Positions 52,680 through 64,000 of a DNA stretch of 64,000 nt are shown one piece after another (position 1 is the stretch's first letter; each line of letters begins with the position of its first letter). A program made the position numbers and the translations under genes. The notes below the pieces were generated by a model. It did no database searches, was not told where the DNA came from, and saw only the letters and a list, made by a program, of their open reading frames with translations. This DNA comes from Phoronis australis (taxonomy: Eukaryota > Animalia > Phoronida): the NCBI GenBank assembly GCA_002633005.1, contig NMRA01000466.1, positions 292,670-356,669 of the forward strand. The letters run 5' to 3'.

Positions 52680-52852
52680 GGTAGCAGAAACCCCAGGTCC
52701 CCTTGTCTGTTTAAACTGGGATTCTCCTCTAGTCCACGTGCTGCTTCCTTAATCCTCGCCTGAACCAGTTTTCTCCCCCATCTAGAATTGTAATATCCTA
52801 CGTCACGGAGAAAGAATGGTCCGTACCAGCCATGTGAGTGGATGACTGGACG
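52680..52852 (-). mobile_element. Penelope-like element GIY-YIG endonuclease C-terminal remnant
   Basis: Frameshifted STHMAGTDHSFSV.DITILDGE.NWFRRG.KEAARGLEENPSLNRQGDLGFLLP resembles the PLE ILD.E..W..R..KEA....P.LNR..G motif. Confidence 0.75.
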
Positions 52853-52904
52853 TTTTAAGGCATGAATTGAGATTTTTGATTGAGAATTTAAACAAAATAT
52901 TTAA

Positions 52905-52950
52905 ACGTTGAAAGTGGACAGGAGGAAAGCATTTGAACTCTGCTGTTGGA
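52905..52950 (+). mobile_element. RTE-clade LINE fragment
   Basis: TLKVDRRKAFELCCW resembles the RTE T.K....R.I.AFE.WCW motif. Confidence 0.45.
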
Positions 52951-54200
52951 TAAAATGTGATTCTCTGGTTATCCTAGACAAGTTTTGAAGCTAACCAGTT
53001 TCCCAAAGGTTCTAATTAACTACATTGTATGCGTGTCACAATCCCCAAGGGAAGTTCGCGTTTCCTTCGTATAAATGGGTAAATAAAACAAGAATGGATC
53101 AACTGAAATTTTCGGATGTAATAACGTCCTTTGTCAACAGAAACAGAAATAAAGTAAAATTAAACACTTTCGTGTAAAGAAAGCTGCTCTTCCCCTTCAC
53201 ATAACGGTCACGGCCAAAGCGGTTCAAAACTATCGTTCATCTTACTCCTGAGTTACAAATTGTATTCTGGAGAAAGGTGCCATTCCGTCGGCAATCCCCT
53301 TATCTGCTTCGTCACCACCTGCTTGGAGTGCTTGACAACACATCTGATTTTTCATCGGTTAGATAGAGAAAGGCACAGTCAGCGCGAACACGTCATGCCT
53401 GATTTAACAGGAGTAAAACAGAAGAAGCCTAGACCATGTTCACACATTGCACAATACAAGGTAGCAGGATATTGTTTAGGTCGCGAACGTCAGTGTTAGA
53501 GTGACGGGTGCATGGGAAATTAGAACCTACTAGGCGCATTTGCAAATATGAAGGCTGACCATGAAATTATTTGTTAAACGTAATAAAAGAAATTATTTCA
53601 AGGAAATCAAATGTACTTCACGATGGTAATTGCTATACCTTAGGTATAGAAAAGGAAAGCAAACGCGCTAAATTTTGGGTAGGCACCCACTGTGCGAAAC
53701 TTGCGCAGCGATTCTACTCAGCTTTGGCTAAGTTAAACGGGATCCAAAGCAAATCAGTTTAATAAAAATTTTAAACCGTCATAGCAAATTTCCATTGATG
53801 TCGTTTGTGAATAGAACCTGAAAGGGTACTAAACCCTATTTGCCTATGAAGAGACGTAAAATGACTTTCCCATTTATTTCTCAGAACTAAAACCATGCTG
53901 CTTAACCCTAAAAGTTTGGAGCAAATACTGAAAACTTCTTTTAAAGCCTACTAAACGGGTAAGCGTGACTTACGTTTCAGACGAGTTATACGACAACAAC
54001 CAAGATCCATAATATCTAATATGTTTAAAAAAGAGTTGTAGTAGTATTCTTCCTTGGCTTTTCAAGTGAGACCCCAAAGATGTGTTAGCAGCTGACAGGT
54101 CGAGGACTGTTTGAAGTCAACAAAACAAGATTTAGTTTTTTAAACAAAGAACGTACTGGAGAGTTTCGGCGACGACTAACGAGTGCAGTGTTTTTTTCAG

Positions 54201-54323
54201 ATATTGACGAGTGCTTGATTGGAACTCATAACTGCAGCATATTTGCTTATTGCAATAATACGCAGGGTAGTTATGAATGTGAATGTATGGACACTCACTT
54301 CGGAGATGGATTTCTTTGTAAAG
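54201..54323 (+). CDS. Last cbEGF exon of the run
   Basis: DIDECLIGTHNCSIFAYCNNTQGSYECECMDTHFGDGFLCK. Confidence 0.93.
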
Positions 54324-57300
54324 GTAATGCACACACTCTTGTTTATGGAATATATTTTATTTAGAATGCCAGGAGCTAGGCGAATACGAGTTTGTAACCA
54401 TCATTTTCACAAAATCAAGAGATTGTAAAAAATGTCATAAAAGACTTAAAATTGGGCAAGTAGAATTTCTGTAAATTTTGAACATTAATGTTTGTCCTTT
54501 TGCTTCTCTGTTCTTACATATCGCCAATGTTTTTGAGTGAGCAATGGCATTTTTGAGTTCTCCATCAGGAAGTAAAATTCTTTGCAATGGATTCATACAG
54601 GTATAGCCTATGGAAGACAAAGTGCACACTGGACTTCCCATCCAGAAATCCCCCAAAATGCCTGCTGGCAGAGATAGCCTTGGGTGCAAAACTAGCCTAC
54701 ATGCAAATGAATATACATCTTTGTAAAACGCTGGCCCAACCTTTCTTATGCAAAAGCGAGGCTATTAAAACTGCATTCTTTCTTAAATAAAAAATAATTA
54801 CCAGTGGTTTTATCATCATTCTGATGCTAATCTGTGGGCCTCTCGCCGTGAATTAAATCGGCAGCTTTCGGCCAATTATTTTTTAGCAGATTCTTCAATC
54901 AACTGTTCTCCCAAAACACTGCGTAAAGTAACAACAAATAATCGGAATTGGTTTCACTCTATTGTAAAATTTTATTTTTTTGCCAAATCCACGGAATAGA
55001 TCATTATTAATATAGAATTCATCAATGTCAATTTCTGAAACAGACGTTGGCATGAAAAGAACGTGGATTGTTTACATTCGAAAGAAACACTTCAAGAAAC
55101 AAATAATCAGGTCAAAACAACTTTCCAGTGTATAATAATATGTTTTAGTTAAAATATCATCTGACTGAAAACCACTCTCTAAACTCACCCGCAGTCGATT
55201 GAAACTTGGTAGCGACGGCGTTTTCACACCTAGGACGACTTTTGTTTTAATACATTCATTATCGATCTAATATTGATTGCCAGTTTCTAATGCATGATTT
55301 ATCTGCAGTAATCCCTGAATGCCGTGCATAGTATGTGACACTCTGACCGGAGTCCTTGACTTTCGGGACCCGGTCAGGCACAGTCGTCCCTGCGTTTCAA
55401 TGATATAGCTAACTACAGGCATATGATCCAGTGCATGTGTACTGACCACTCAATTTACAGTACTTTGCTGAAAATGCGCTAGGATGAGTGAGGCGGAAAT
55501 CCCGAAACATTTTCCTCTCGGAAGGTAAATGACGTACCGGGCAAACGATGGCCGGGCCGTGCACATAACGCTCTAACGTTGTTTCATAGAAAAAGGAAAC
55601 TACATACGCATGCGCAAAAACGACAACTGGAGAACTTAACAATATATTTTCAATCATGTCAGAACATTCCAGTCACATCTGCCTCTGTGTGACTGATATA
55701 CAATGTACGAAGGACGGGTATCTACAATGCAAAAACGGACGTAAGATGTTCAAAATCCCGGGAGTTCCTCACTATCACCACATGAGAGCGGCAACGTGTT
55801 GCCAATGGCAATATAACACGAACTGTACGAGGAATTTTCTCAATCAAACCAGGGTTTTTCTTCTGCAAATAACATTCAATTGGGCGTGTGAACGTTCAAA
55901 TACGAAAACAATATAACTATTTGCAATTCATCATAACCAATGTTTACAGAAATCATTGTTTGGTGACTTTTTGAACAAGTAGAACAGGAGCTCAGCAGGT
56001 TTTCGGGTATCTCGAATGTTGAACAAACTCAGTATTTGGAGGCCTTTTTGGTACAGTGGTCCAAAAGTGACATCGAGCGTTTCTTTATCAATTATCTCAG
56101 GATCTTGTGATACCGACATAATTATCTCGGGGTCTCGTAGCAACGCTTATGTTCAGAATTTCCAATGATTCCAGGTAGCATTGTCTGATGAAAGGACAGA
56201 ACTTAAATTTATCACGCTACAACAGATTTACATGTCCGATGTTAATGGGGTGATTTCAAAGATCTTCTTTCCGCGTAGTACTGCGGCACTACTAGTTTTA
56301 CTGGCTGAAAAACAAAAATTGAATTAGGCCTCTTACTTTTATAAAATCAACGTCAAATGTACATGTAAGGCTTGTTTTCTCAGCTGCCAAAAATATTAGA
56401 ATATGTTAGAGATCTTTTCATCTTAGGGCCGTCGCAAAACAAATTGTAGATATTCTCAGGTGTCGCTCTGGTGTCATTATTAACGTTAAGCTCTTTCGGC
56501 ATTTTTTGACCAGACTAGGGCTTTCGCGTCGTAACAGTTATTCAGCTACTGACGATGTGATTGATTTCAATGACCGACAAATATCGATGCCAGGGCAGCT
56601 ACATGGTTACAGATTCAAGCACCACAAATGTTCCACTGATAGCTTAGTGGTGAAACGAAAAATTGTGCGAGTCATTCTTGCCTCTGTCGATCCAGATCAG
56701 TTGTGAGGCAACGCCACGCGCCAGAAGGAAAATGACCTCGGGATCTCGAGATCCCGTGATGATTAAGTTGAAATCTTGAGGTTCTGTGACAATTGAAAAA
56801 GAGAAGGGCGATCCGATGCCAAATGATGTCATATGGATTTCGCAAGCTATTGTTTAACTTGAGATTTCCATACGACTGGCGTAAGCTTACAGTATCTACC
56901 GATATCTATGCGACGAGCTTGCGCCTTAGATTCCAGTGGGATGAAAGTTTTGGGCCACCATAGGATTGCGCTTTCTAGATTATTAATTTTCTGTCATACG
57001 TCATTAGGTTCTCTTAAATCACTTTTCCCGAACCGTGAGGGACTACTAGTATTCATGTAGCACAGAGTATCTGGAGCATTCGGTTGGAGAGATGTTCAGG
57101 AGTTTCTACTTAGCCCACCAGTTCAGACTTATTTTAAAGTCATGGGCCATTAACTGAGATCATTAGCATATACTTCTTGTGTGGTACCTCGAATGTAGTA
57201 TCTAGGTCTGTTTTAATGATGGTTCTTCCTGGTCTTCTGGCGGACTCCTTCCAGCCTTGGGTAATTCGATGCTCACTGGAACAGGATTATTCGTTTTAAA

Positions 57301-57536
57301 TCAGTTTTACCGGGGCTTCGGATATCTAGTCTAGCTCATGCTCTCGAAAGCCTTCTCCTGGATGAATTCTTTGGTACCTCATTTCTCTATACGAAGTGCT
57401 ATTACTCTCCAGCATTTTAGATAACTTGTTGTAACTAATATTCCACTTAGGAATCCTTTATTTTTCAGATGTTTGCATTGCTGTAAAATTGTTTGTAAGT
57501 AACTATGACGTGTAAATTGATATGGGTCTATTTCAG

Positions 57537-57829
57537 AGAAATGTTTCTTTCCAAGGCCGACACTTTTCAACCCGTGGCTGTTTTCGTACGCTAAGATTTC
57601 GTCTAAATTCAACGAGTCCCACAACTCAAACGCCATTCGGATGCAAAATCCCTTTGGATGGTTGACTGATGCAGAAGACAACTCACCGTATTACATGCTC
57701 GCCTTCAAAGTTCCGCTCACTGTTCAGGGTCTCTTAATAAAGGGCACCAATGTCGCGGAGCTGCGTCTTCAGCACAGGATGAACGAATCAGATCCATGGG
57801 AGTCCCATATGTTTTATGACAACTCAGTG
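57537..57829 (+). CDS. Discoidin/F5/8C-like domain, N-terminal exon
   Basis: EKCFFPRPTLFNPWLFSYAKISSK..NAIRMQNPFGWLTDAEDNSPYYMLAFKVPLTVQGLLIKG..; phase 1 to 0; donor gtgggt inferred from phase. Confidence 0.8.
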
Positions 57830-58179
57830 GTGGGTGAAGGGTGGTCATTTTAAGCAGAGAGGGTTTTTCGTTGTCGAGGTTTTTAGCTGTACTACCAGTT
57901 GCTTAATCTAGTTTCTTTGCTGCACATATGCCTTTAGCTGAGCACAGACAAAGAGCTAGGAGCGTAGTTGGATGCCGCAAGTTCATTTGTTGTTAATGTC
58001 TTTGCGTGAGCGGGGTGCTCAGGTAACATCACTACAGGCAGTCAGCTGAGCTCGTTTGCATCTCATAGTCTGCGCTGAGCCAGAGGCTACTTGTCAATTC
58101 GTTACATTCACTGTAGATACTGATGCATGCCAGGTGTTTTGTGAGGTTCAGTTGCTGTTTCAGTACATTTACATTTCAG

Positions 58180-58327
58180 AAACTTACAAGCATTCCTGAG
58201 GCACAGGCCATGCGTTACAATTTAACAACCCAGTTTGAGGCCTCATTTATGATTTTTTCTGTAACGAAAACGTCGAGCTCCTTACCTGGTGGACTCAACC
58301 TTGAAATATTAGCTTGCTACGATCTCA
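58180..58327 (+). CDS. Discoidin/F5/8C-like domain, C-terminal exon
   Basis: KLTSIPEAQAMRYNLTTQFEASFMIFSV..GLNLEILACYDL, like the F5/8C R.E..GC terminus; phase 0 to 1. Confidence 0.8.
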
Positions 58328-58672
58328 GTAAGTGTTGTTTTAAGCACATGTGCAGTTGGTTGACATATCCTCTAGTAAAATTGGAAAGGTTTACTTTCNT
58401 CTAGTTTCTTTGCTGCACATATGCCTTTAGCTGACCACAGACAAAGAGCTAGGAGCGTAGTTGGATGCCGCAAGTTCATTTGTTGTTAATGTCTTTGCGT
58501 GAGCGGGGTGCTCAGGTAACATCACTACAGGCAGTCAGCTGAGCTCGTTTGCTTCTCATAGTCTGCGCTGAGCCAGAGGCTACTTGTCATTTCGTTACAT
58601 TCACTGTAGATACTGATGCATGCCAGGTGTTTTGTGAGGTTCAGTTGCTGTTTCAGTACATTTACATTTCAG

Positions 58673-58820
58673 AAACTTACAAGCATTCCTGAGGCACAGG
58701 CCATGCGTTACAATTTAACAACCCAGTTTGAGGCCTCATTTATGATTTTTTCTGTAACGAAAACGTCGAGCTCCTTACCTGGTGGACTCAACCTTGAAAT
58801 ATTAGCTTGCTACGATCTCA
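58673..58820 (+). CDS. Duplicate of 58180-58327 across the N join (probable assembly artefact)
   Basis: About 490-bp near-identical repeat on each side of N58399; phase-asymmetric exon cannot be used twice in frame. Confidence 0.5.
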
Positions 58821-59038
58821 GTAAGTGTTGTTTTAAGCACATGTGCAGTTGGTTGACATATCCTCTAGTAAAATTGGAAAGGTTTACTTTCAGCGTTAGA
58901 CGCTAGCGACTGTGATTTTATTAATCTCTTTAGACCATCGCCTCATCTAACAAACAATGTGCTCTTAATGAAGATTCAGGTGTCTTGCGACATTATTCCA
59001 GACACAGGCAATTCAAGCTGGCATGGTATGAATTAATA

Positions 59039-59039
<1 letters not shown>

Positions 59040-59094
<55 letters not shown>
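59040..59094. repeat. (GT)n microsatellite
   Basis: About 27 GT units. Confidence 0.97.
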
Positions 59095-59097
<3 letters not shown>

Positions 59098-60800
59098 TGC
59101 ATTAGTCTCTGTAATCGCTTGCTATTCGATGACAGTCATACCAAAATGACTGCATTTTCTGCCTAAATTGGTTTAGATTTTGAAATAAGGAATTGGCCAA
59201 ATCCCACTTATCTTGATTGGTATTTTAATAAAAAAACCCAGAAATATTGGAACAAAGATCTGCACGTGCGCAAGTTCTCCCAGACAAATGCAATGTAATT
59301 CTTAGAAACGCGGTCTTTCAGTTGTGTGACTAACGGGGCTCATTCAACCAGACGTCACGGCAATTGTGCCGCCTTGGCAACATCCTGGCTTGCAGCATCA
59401 ACGAGTAGGGTTGTGTGCTCGGTTGGCTTTTCCCTGTTTTTTTGCAATTAAGAATCGATTCGGCAATTTTTAAAGTCAAAAACAGAAAAAAAAAAAACAA
59501 CGCCACCAAATCAAATCAAAGACCAACCAACGTTACAAGTGCCGTTCCCGGCAATGTGTAATCGTCTCTGTCAGTGAATGGCAGATTCGAGTTTTTAAGG
59601 GAGATTGCAAGGAACCGACGAATATTGAATTTCTTCGCTAAATACGGTTTGACACATTCACCCGAATGTAGCCTATATTCTCAGCGCTATAACCTCACCA
59701 GCGCCAAAGCTCCAAACTTGTTAGAAAAGAGGGACTACAATGGAGTTTCTTTTAATATTTTGGCGTATTCTTACTAAACTAGTGTAAAAATTTTCTAACT
59801 AAGAAGGTCAAGCAATTTTGTTTCACTGTTATAACGTGGTAATTGGCGTTTTCCCAATCAAAATGTATCTTCAATAAGCTCCTAGATTTTGAAACTAAAA
59901 CGTTTGAGTTATTTGAAGCATTCCACGTAAGTGATCAAATGAGCCATATGTCTAAAATGTCATGATCATGTCATTCTTAATTATCACGGAATGCAGCAGT
60001 GGTCGCTAAATATAGATATTAAGCTGAAATTGGAAATCCTGCTGCATGGGTCGCCGTCAAAGTCGTCTGACGCTGTCCATCAAGCAACCCACTAGGGATA
60101 AGGAGTATTCCATTACGTCATTTCCATATAAGAAAATTGCTAGTTCTTGTAAGCATGTATTCATTGAGGTTTTTTATCGCCCTCAATATACCTTGTAATG
60201 CAAATGTCCGAGTCTTATTTCAATTCATTCAGTTCTGTTTGAGTACCTTTTTAAGACTTCGTGACTAAGAGGCGGTGTGACTTTGTAACCTTGACGTAGT
60301 CAGTTGGCTCTGCTGGGGTTTTGCACATAAAGACTGACCAAATTCTTTGTCTGGGGATTTTTTGTGCACAGGACGTATAAGGTTGTACCTCCCGATATGT
60401 TTGGTGGACATAGGGCCATGTAAATTAAGACAAGTTCGGAGGTATAATTTTGAGCCCAAGTGATGCGCTCTTGGACATAGTTGGTAACTAAGTTTCGGTT
60501 GAAACACAGCACTGCGATTGACTGCCACTAAGAATCTTACGAACATTTTTGAATGAGGCAACTTTGTGATGTCGTCTACATAGCATAGAGAATTAGGGTG
60601 GAATCAGGTTCAGCTGGGGCAAACTTCTTTGAGGTCAAGTTTGGATATCGCCATTGGTATTCTAGGTTTGCAGATCGTCGACTACCTTCTAAAAAGCTCT
60701 TGGGACTTTCCACACACTTGCTCACATGATCTTGTATTACAGAAATACCTGCCATGCAACCATTTGAACTGTTATATTTCCTAATCTTGCTCTCTCCTAG

Positions 60801-61003
60801 AATGTTACAAGACGGGCAGAATTCTTGTAAAAGGCGTGTGTGAGCCGACGTGCGACGATTATGCGAGAAAAACAACCACATGTGCACCACCAGCCCAGGA
60901 TGCATGGGAGGGATGTCAGTGTCCAAGCACTGAAGCTTCAGACCAGGGAACATGCGTGAGCCCTTTGGCGTGTCCGTGTTATTACGAGGGCATATGGTAT
61001 GAG
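60801..61003 (+). CDS. TIL (trypsin-inhibitor-like Cys-rich) domain exon
   Basis: CYKTGRILVKGVCEPTCDDYARKTTTCAPPAQDAWEGCQCPSTEASDQGTCVSPLACPCYYEGIWYE; C.PTC..EGC.CP..CV....CPC...G..Y as in mucins and vWF. Confidence 0.9.
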
Positions 61004-62688
61004 GTATGGACTTGCTGTTGGAGAAAAGGGAGCATCATTCTGAATAGTAATCGTTCTATTTGCACTAGCTTCTAGCGTGTTAATACGTTTACGGTTGGTC
61101 ATTTCTACAGCCACCTTCAGGTGTTCTTTGAGGAACGAACGCGGGTATCTAGTTTTGGGCTCTTGGATGTTTCGTAATCCTCGGCGGGGTTAATAAAAGG
61201 GCCTTTCAGTTGTCAAACACTGTTGGCCTACACTTTCGCGTTCACTCTTGTCACGCGTGTGAAGACAGCTAGATCTAGCGTGAGTGCCAAACGTGACTTT
61301 TAATTGGCGATTTATCGTAAAAGGTCATTAAATATGATGTGCAGCGTTTTCTTAACGTTTTAGAAAGTTTACTGAGTCAACCAGGAGACTGTGTATCTTA
61401 GTAAGTGTATCTTACCCAGTTGATTGTTTGAAATGTGAGCTTTGCTCTGAAATCCTCGTTGCGTTACCGATTTTTCTAAGAAAAATTACAGTAATCGCAT
61501 AATAATGGGTGCCTCACGTGTCAACACATCTCGATTTTGGTAGTAACTGAGAATAATGCTTTTACTAGAAATGTTTAAAGAAAATATTAATTGTTTGTGA
61601 AATAAAAACGATCTTTCTGAATTTTTGCAGAAAATCAGTTTTGGCGTCACAAAAATGACAGCTAAGGATTTTATACCTGTGGTATTGATTCTTTTCACTG
61701 AGGGCGGAATATAATGATGTCCCTCCGGTCGTAACTTTGACCCCCTGCCCCCGTCGCTTCCTATTTCCCGCACCCGCACCCCTCTTCTTGCCCTGTGACC
61801 TCCGACTTCTCTCTCGTTTGCATTCACATTTAGTGAGTAGCCTAAACTCTATATTGCTTTACATGCATGGCTTCCTTGTTCTTTCTTTAGTCCACCATGT
61901 TTCAAGGCGTCAGCAAAAATATACATGAACACAAGAGAAAGAAGAGAAAGAAGACAATCATACGAAAATGTGATCAGTATATTTACATTTTCCTCTTTTT
62001 TCATTTTTCTTTCCAGATTTTGGCATTGCATTATATGCGCGTCAATGCAGCCAACTTAATGAATGAAAAAGTAATCTATATATTAAAACGCTCATTACGC
62101 TCTTTTCCCGTTGCTCCCAACTTGTTCGATTCTATAGCCCAACAACAAGTTGGGAAGTTTACCCAATATCTTAAACGACTGATTAACTCCATTCCGGCAT
62201 TCATGGTTGGAAGGCCAGGTCTCTTTTGTACAATAATTGCTCTAGTCTTCAATAAGATCGTATCTAGCCTGACTGGGTTGTGCTGTTAAAAATAAAAATT
62301 AAGTTGTAGCATACTTGAACATAAACCAATAGTATTTCTGAATGTCTAAACAAGTGTTAAAAGTCTGAACAAGTGGGACCGAATTGTAATAGTCTCAACA
62401 TTCACTCAGTCACTCTTCAAAATACTTGATAAAATATCCCATTAACGTTCAAAACGATAAAAGAACAGTCTGCGGTTTAGCAACGCGCTCGAGACAGAAA
62501 TTAAGAACAGAAACAGACTGTACATGATTTCCTTCCCTGCTTTGGCAAAAATTCAAACCTACAGTAATAATGCCATGGTCACTGTCTCTCTTTTGTTCGA
62601 CGAGATCGTCGCTTGTCTTGTTGATGTCGCTGACGTACGGCTTTTGTCAAGCCAACAGGCAACCCACCAACATGAAAGAATAACCCTG

Positions 62689-62922
62689 GAACCCGTTCCA
62701 ATAAAACTGAGTGGGCAAAGACAAATCTTGAATTTTAGCCAATTTTAAGACAAAACTTAATTTCTTTTAAGTCCGTTTCACGAATAAGATCTTAAGTTTT
62801 TGACTTGAGTTTTGTCTTAATTTATTTTAACTTACCGGATGTGGAAGTTTCAAAGTTTGGAATTTGAGACAAACCTTAGACTTAAGTCAAAAACGAACGA
62901 AGTCGGTTTTTGGAACGGCACC
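62689..62922. mobile_element. MITE, Harbinger-like
   Basis: Imperfect TIR ..CCGTTCCAA / TTGGAACGG..; CTG on both flanks; internal AAACTTA/TAAGTTT palindromes. Confidence 0.65.
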
Positions 62923-63831
62923 CTGGTTCTGTCTTTGACCTATCTTCTAATAAGACTCGCACAGACACCCCTTTCATGCCTCCATTTTTGGACTGAGGAA
63001 GCTCTTTCCGTTACCACAGTCTCTGCCTCTTCCCGTCAATCATATAGGACCAAGGTTTGTGACTTGTTCAAGTCTCGTGGTGAAATATTTAAATAGTGGG
63101 CGGAATTGACTTGCAGACGGCTTTTACAAAAATATCACCCTTTCGTAATGGTTTGTTCCAGAAAATCCACGCATGTTTATCGGCTTATAATTACTTGTAT
63201 TTCTTATTTTATTGTGAAAAATATAATGTACAATAATATGAGTTAAGCTCTGAAAGCGATAGAAATAATTATACCTTTACGGTGTCGTATAAAGTTTTGG
63301 CAGCTGGAGCTTCAACGCATAAGCCTGAACTAATGCAAGGAATGCGACGTTGTCAAAAATGTGTACATCTTTCCTACTACAGTTGCAAAATTACAAAACA
63401 AATTAAAGTTGTTAGATTTGTATTGTAGGAAAAGTGAATCATTATAACATTTTGAAAATTTTTTGCAGAGAATTATTTCGAAAAGGGCACCATTTCGAAG
63501 AGAAACTAATCGCATACACAAAATCACTTGCGTGAGAGTAGCCTAAGGATCGGCAATTATCTGTGTCTTTCCCTTCCTTGTTCTGTTTATCCTTGTTTAC
63601 ATCGTTTCACAAGCTATTAAACTAATTCACTGCCGTCGCTTTTATCAGCGATATCAACTAAATTCTAAGCACTTAGATCAGCCATGTTCAACAATGACGC
63701 TTAACCAAGACGAGTATTCTTAATCAATTTTTAAGCTGGCAGTGCTGATGGTAATGATCGTAAAACGAAGAATTTGTACGACCTCCCGTAATGCATAAGT
63801 GGTTAACTGCTTGGTTTTCTCTTTATTACAG

Positions 63832-63931
63832 TTCGGTGCTTCGATTCGGGATGACGAAAATTGCATCGAAGGCAGCTGTCTTCAAGACTCACTGCAGTTT
63901 CAACAGTATGACAACTTCACCGAATGCCAGA
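63832..63931 (+). CDS. Exon following TIL (TILa/VWC-like part)
   Basis: ttattacag|FGASIRDDENCIEGSCLQDSLQFQQYDNFTECQ|gtgagt; phase 0 to 1, matches upstream donor. Confidence 0.82.
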
Positions 63932-64000
63932 GTGAGTAATCACAGTGATGCCTTCTGGACGTATCAACAATATGTCTATGAGGCCTTGGTTCAACCAAAC

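Larger units (their letters stand above)
568..63931 (+). other. Interior of a large multi-exon gene: (cbEGF)n + PTS/mucin + discoidin-like + TIL + TILa/VWC-like extracellular protein (hemocytin/mucin/fibrillin-like mosaic)
   Basis: About 40 GT-AG exons on the + strand; EGF exons are all phase 1-1, and phases chain correctly from 54201 to 63931 once the duplicated 58673 exon is ignored. Confidence 0.9.

Noticed and set aside
57907-58890. Tandem duplicated discoidin exon as a mutually exclusive exon pair
   Set aside because: Exons are identical and the duplication is centred on N58399, typical of an unmerged contig overlap
27-63527. ORF-track entries as stand-alone genes (for example the recurring MYCRWNIRRYLK and MIKGLRVYTCS ORFs)
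   Set aside because: They are antisense or off-frame readings of the repeated exon-intron units

Overview
Eukaryotic, AT-rich animal DNA, probably a marine invertebrate (inference), from a draft assembly with single-N contig joins. The ORF track is mostly noise here. The window is the interior of one large + strand, intron-rich gene for an extracellular multidomain protein. I find 33 intact phase-1/phase-1 exons of 120-129 nt, each encoding one calcium-binding EGF domain, plus one gap-truncated copy, two pseudo-exons and one exactly deleted exon. These are followed by a split discoidin (F5/8C)-like domain, a TIL domain and a TILa/VWC-like exon. A Thr/Ser-rich mucin block with a second half-discoidin exon sits inside the EGF array at 20.5-22.2 kb. 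The EGF exons were amplified together with their introns in two higher-order arrays: 0.5-24.4 kb (B-C-A(n), A unit about 734 bp) and 38.9-52.4 kb (D-E pairs). Introns carry a DIRS/Ngaro remnant, a hairpin-array element, CWG-TSD MITEs, nested Helentron-like elements with one CTCF-like motif per ~145-bp unit, tRNA-derived SINE-like inserts, and Penelope, RTE and THAP remnants. No start or stop codon of the gene lies in the window.
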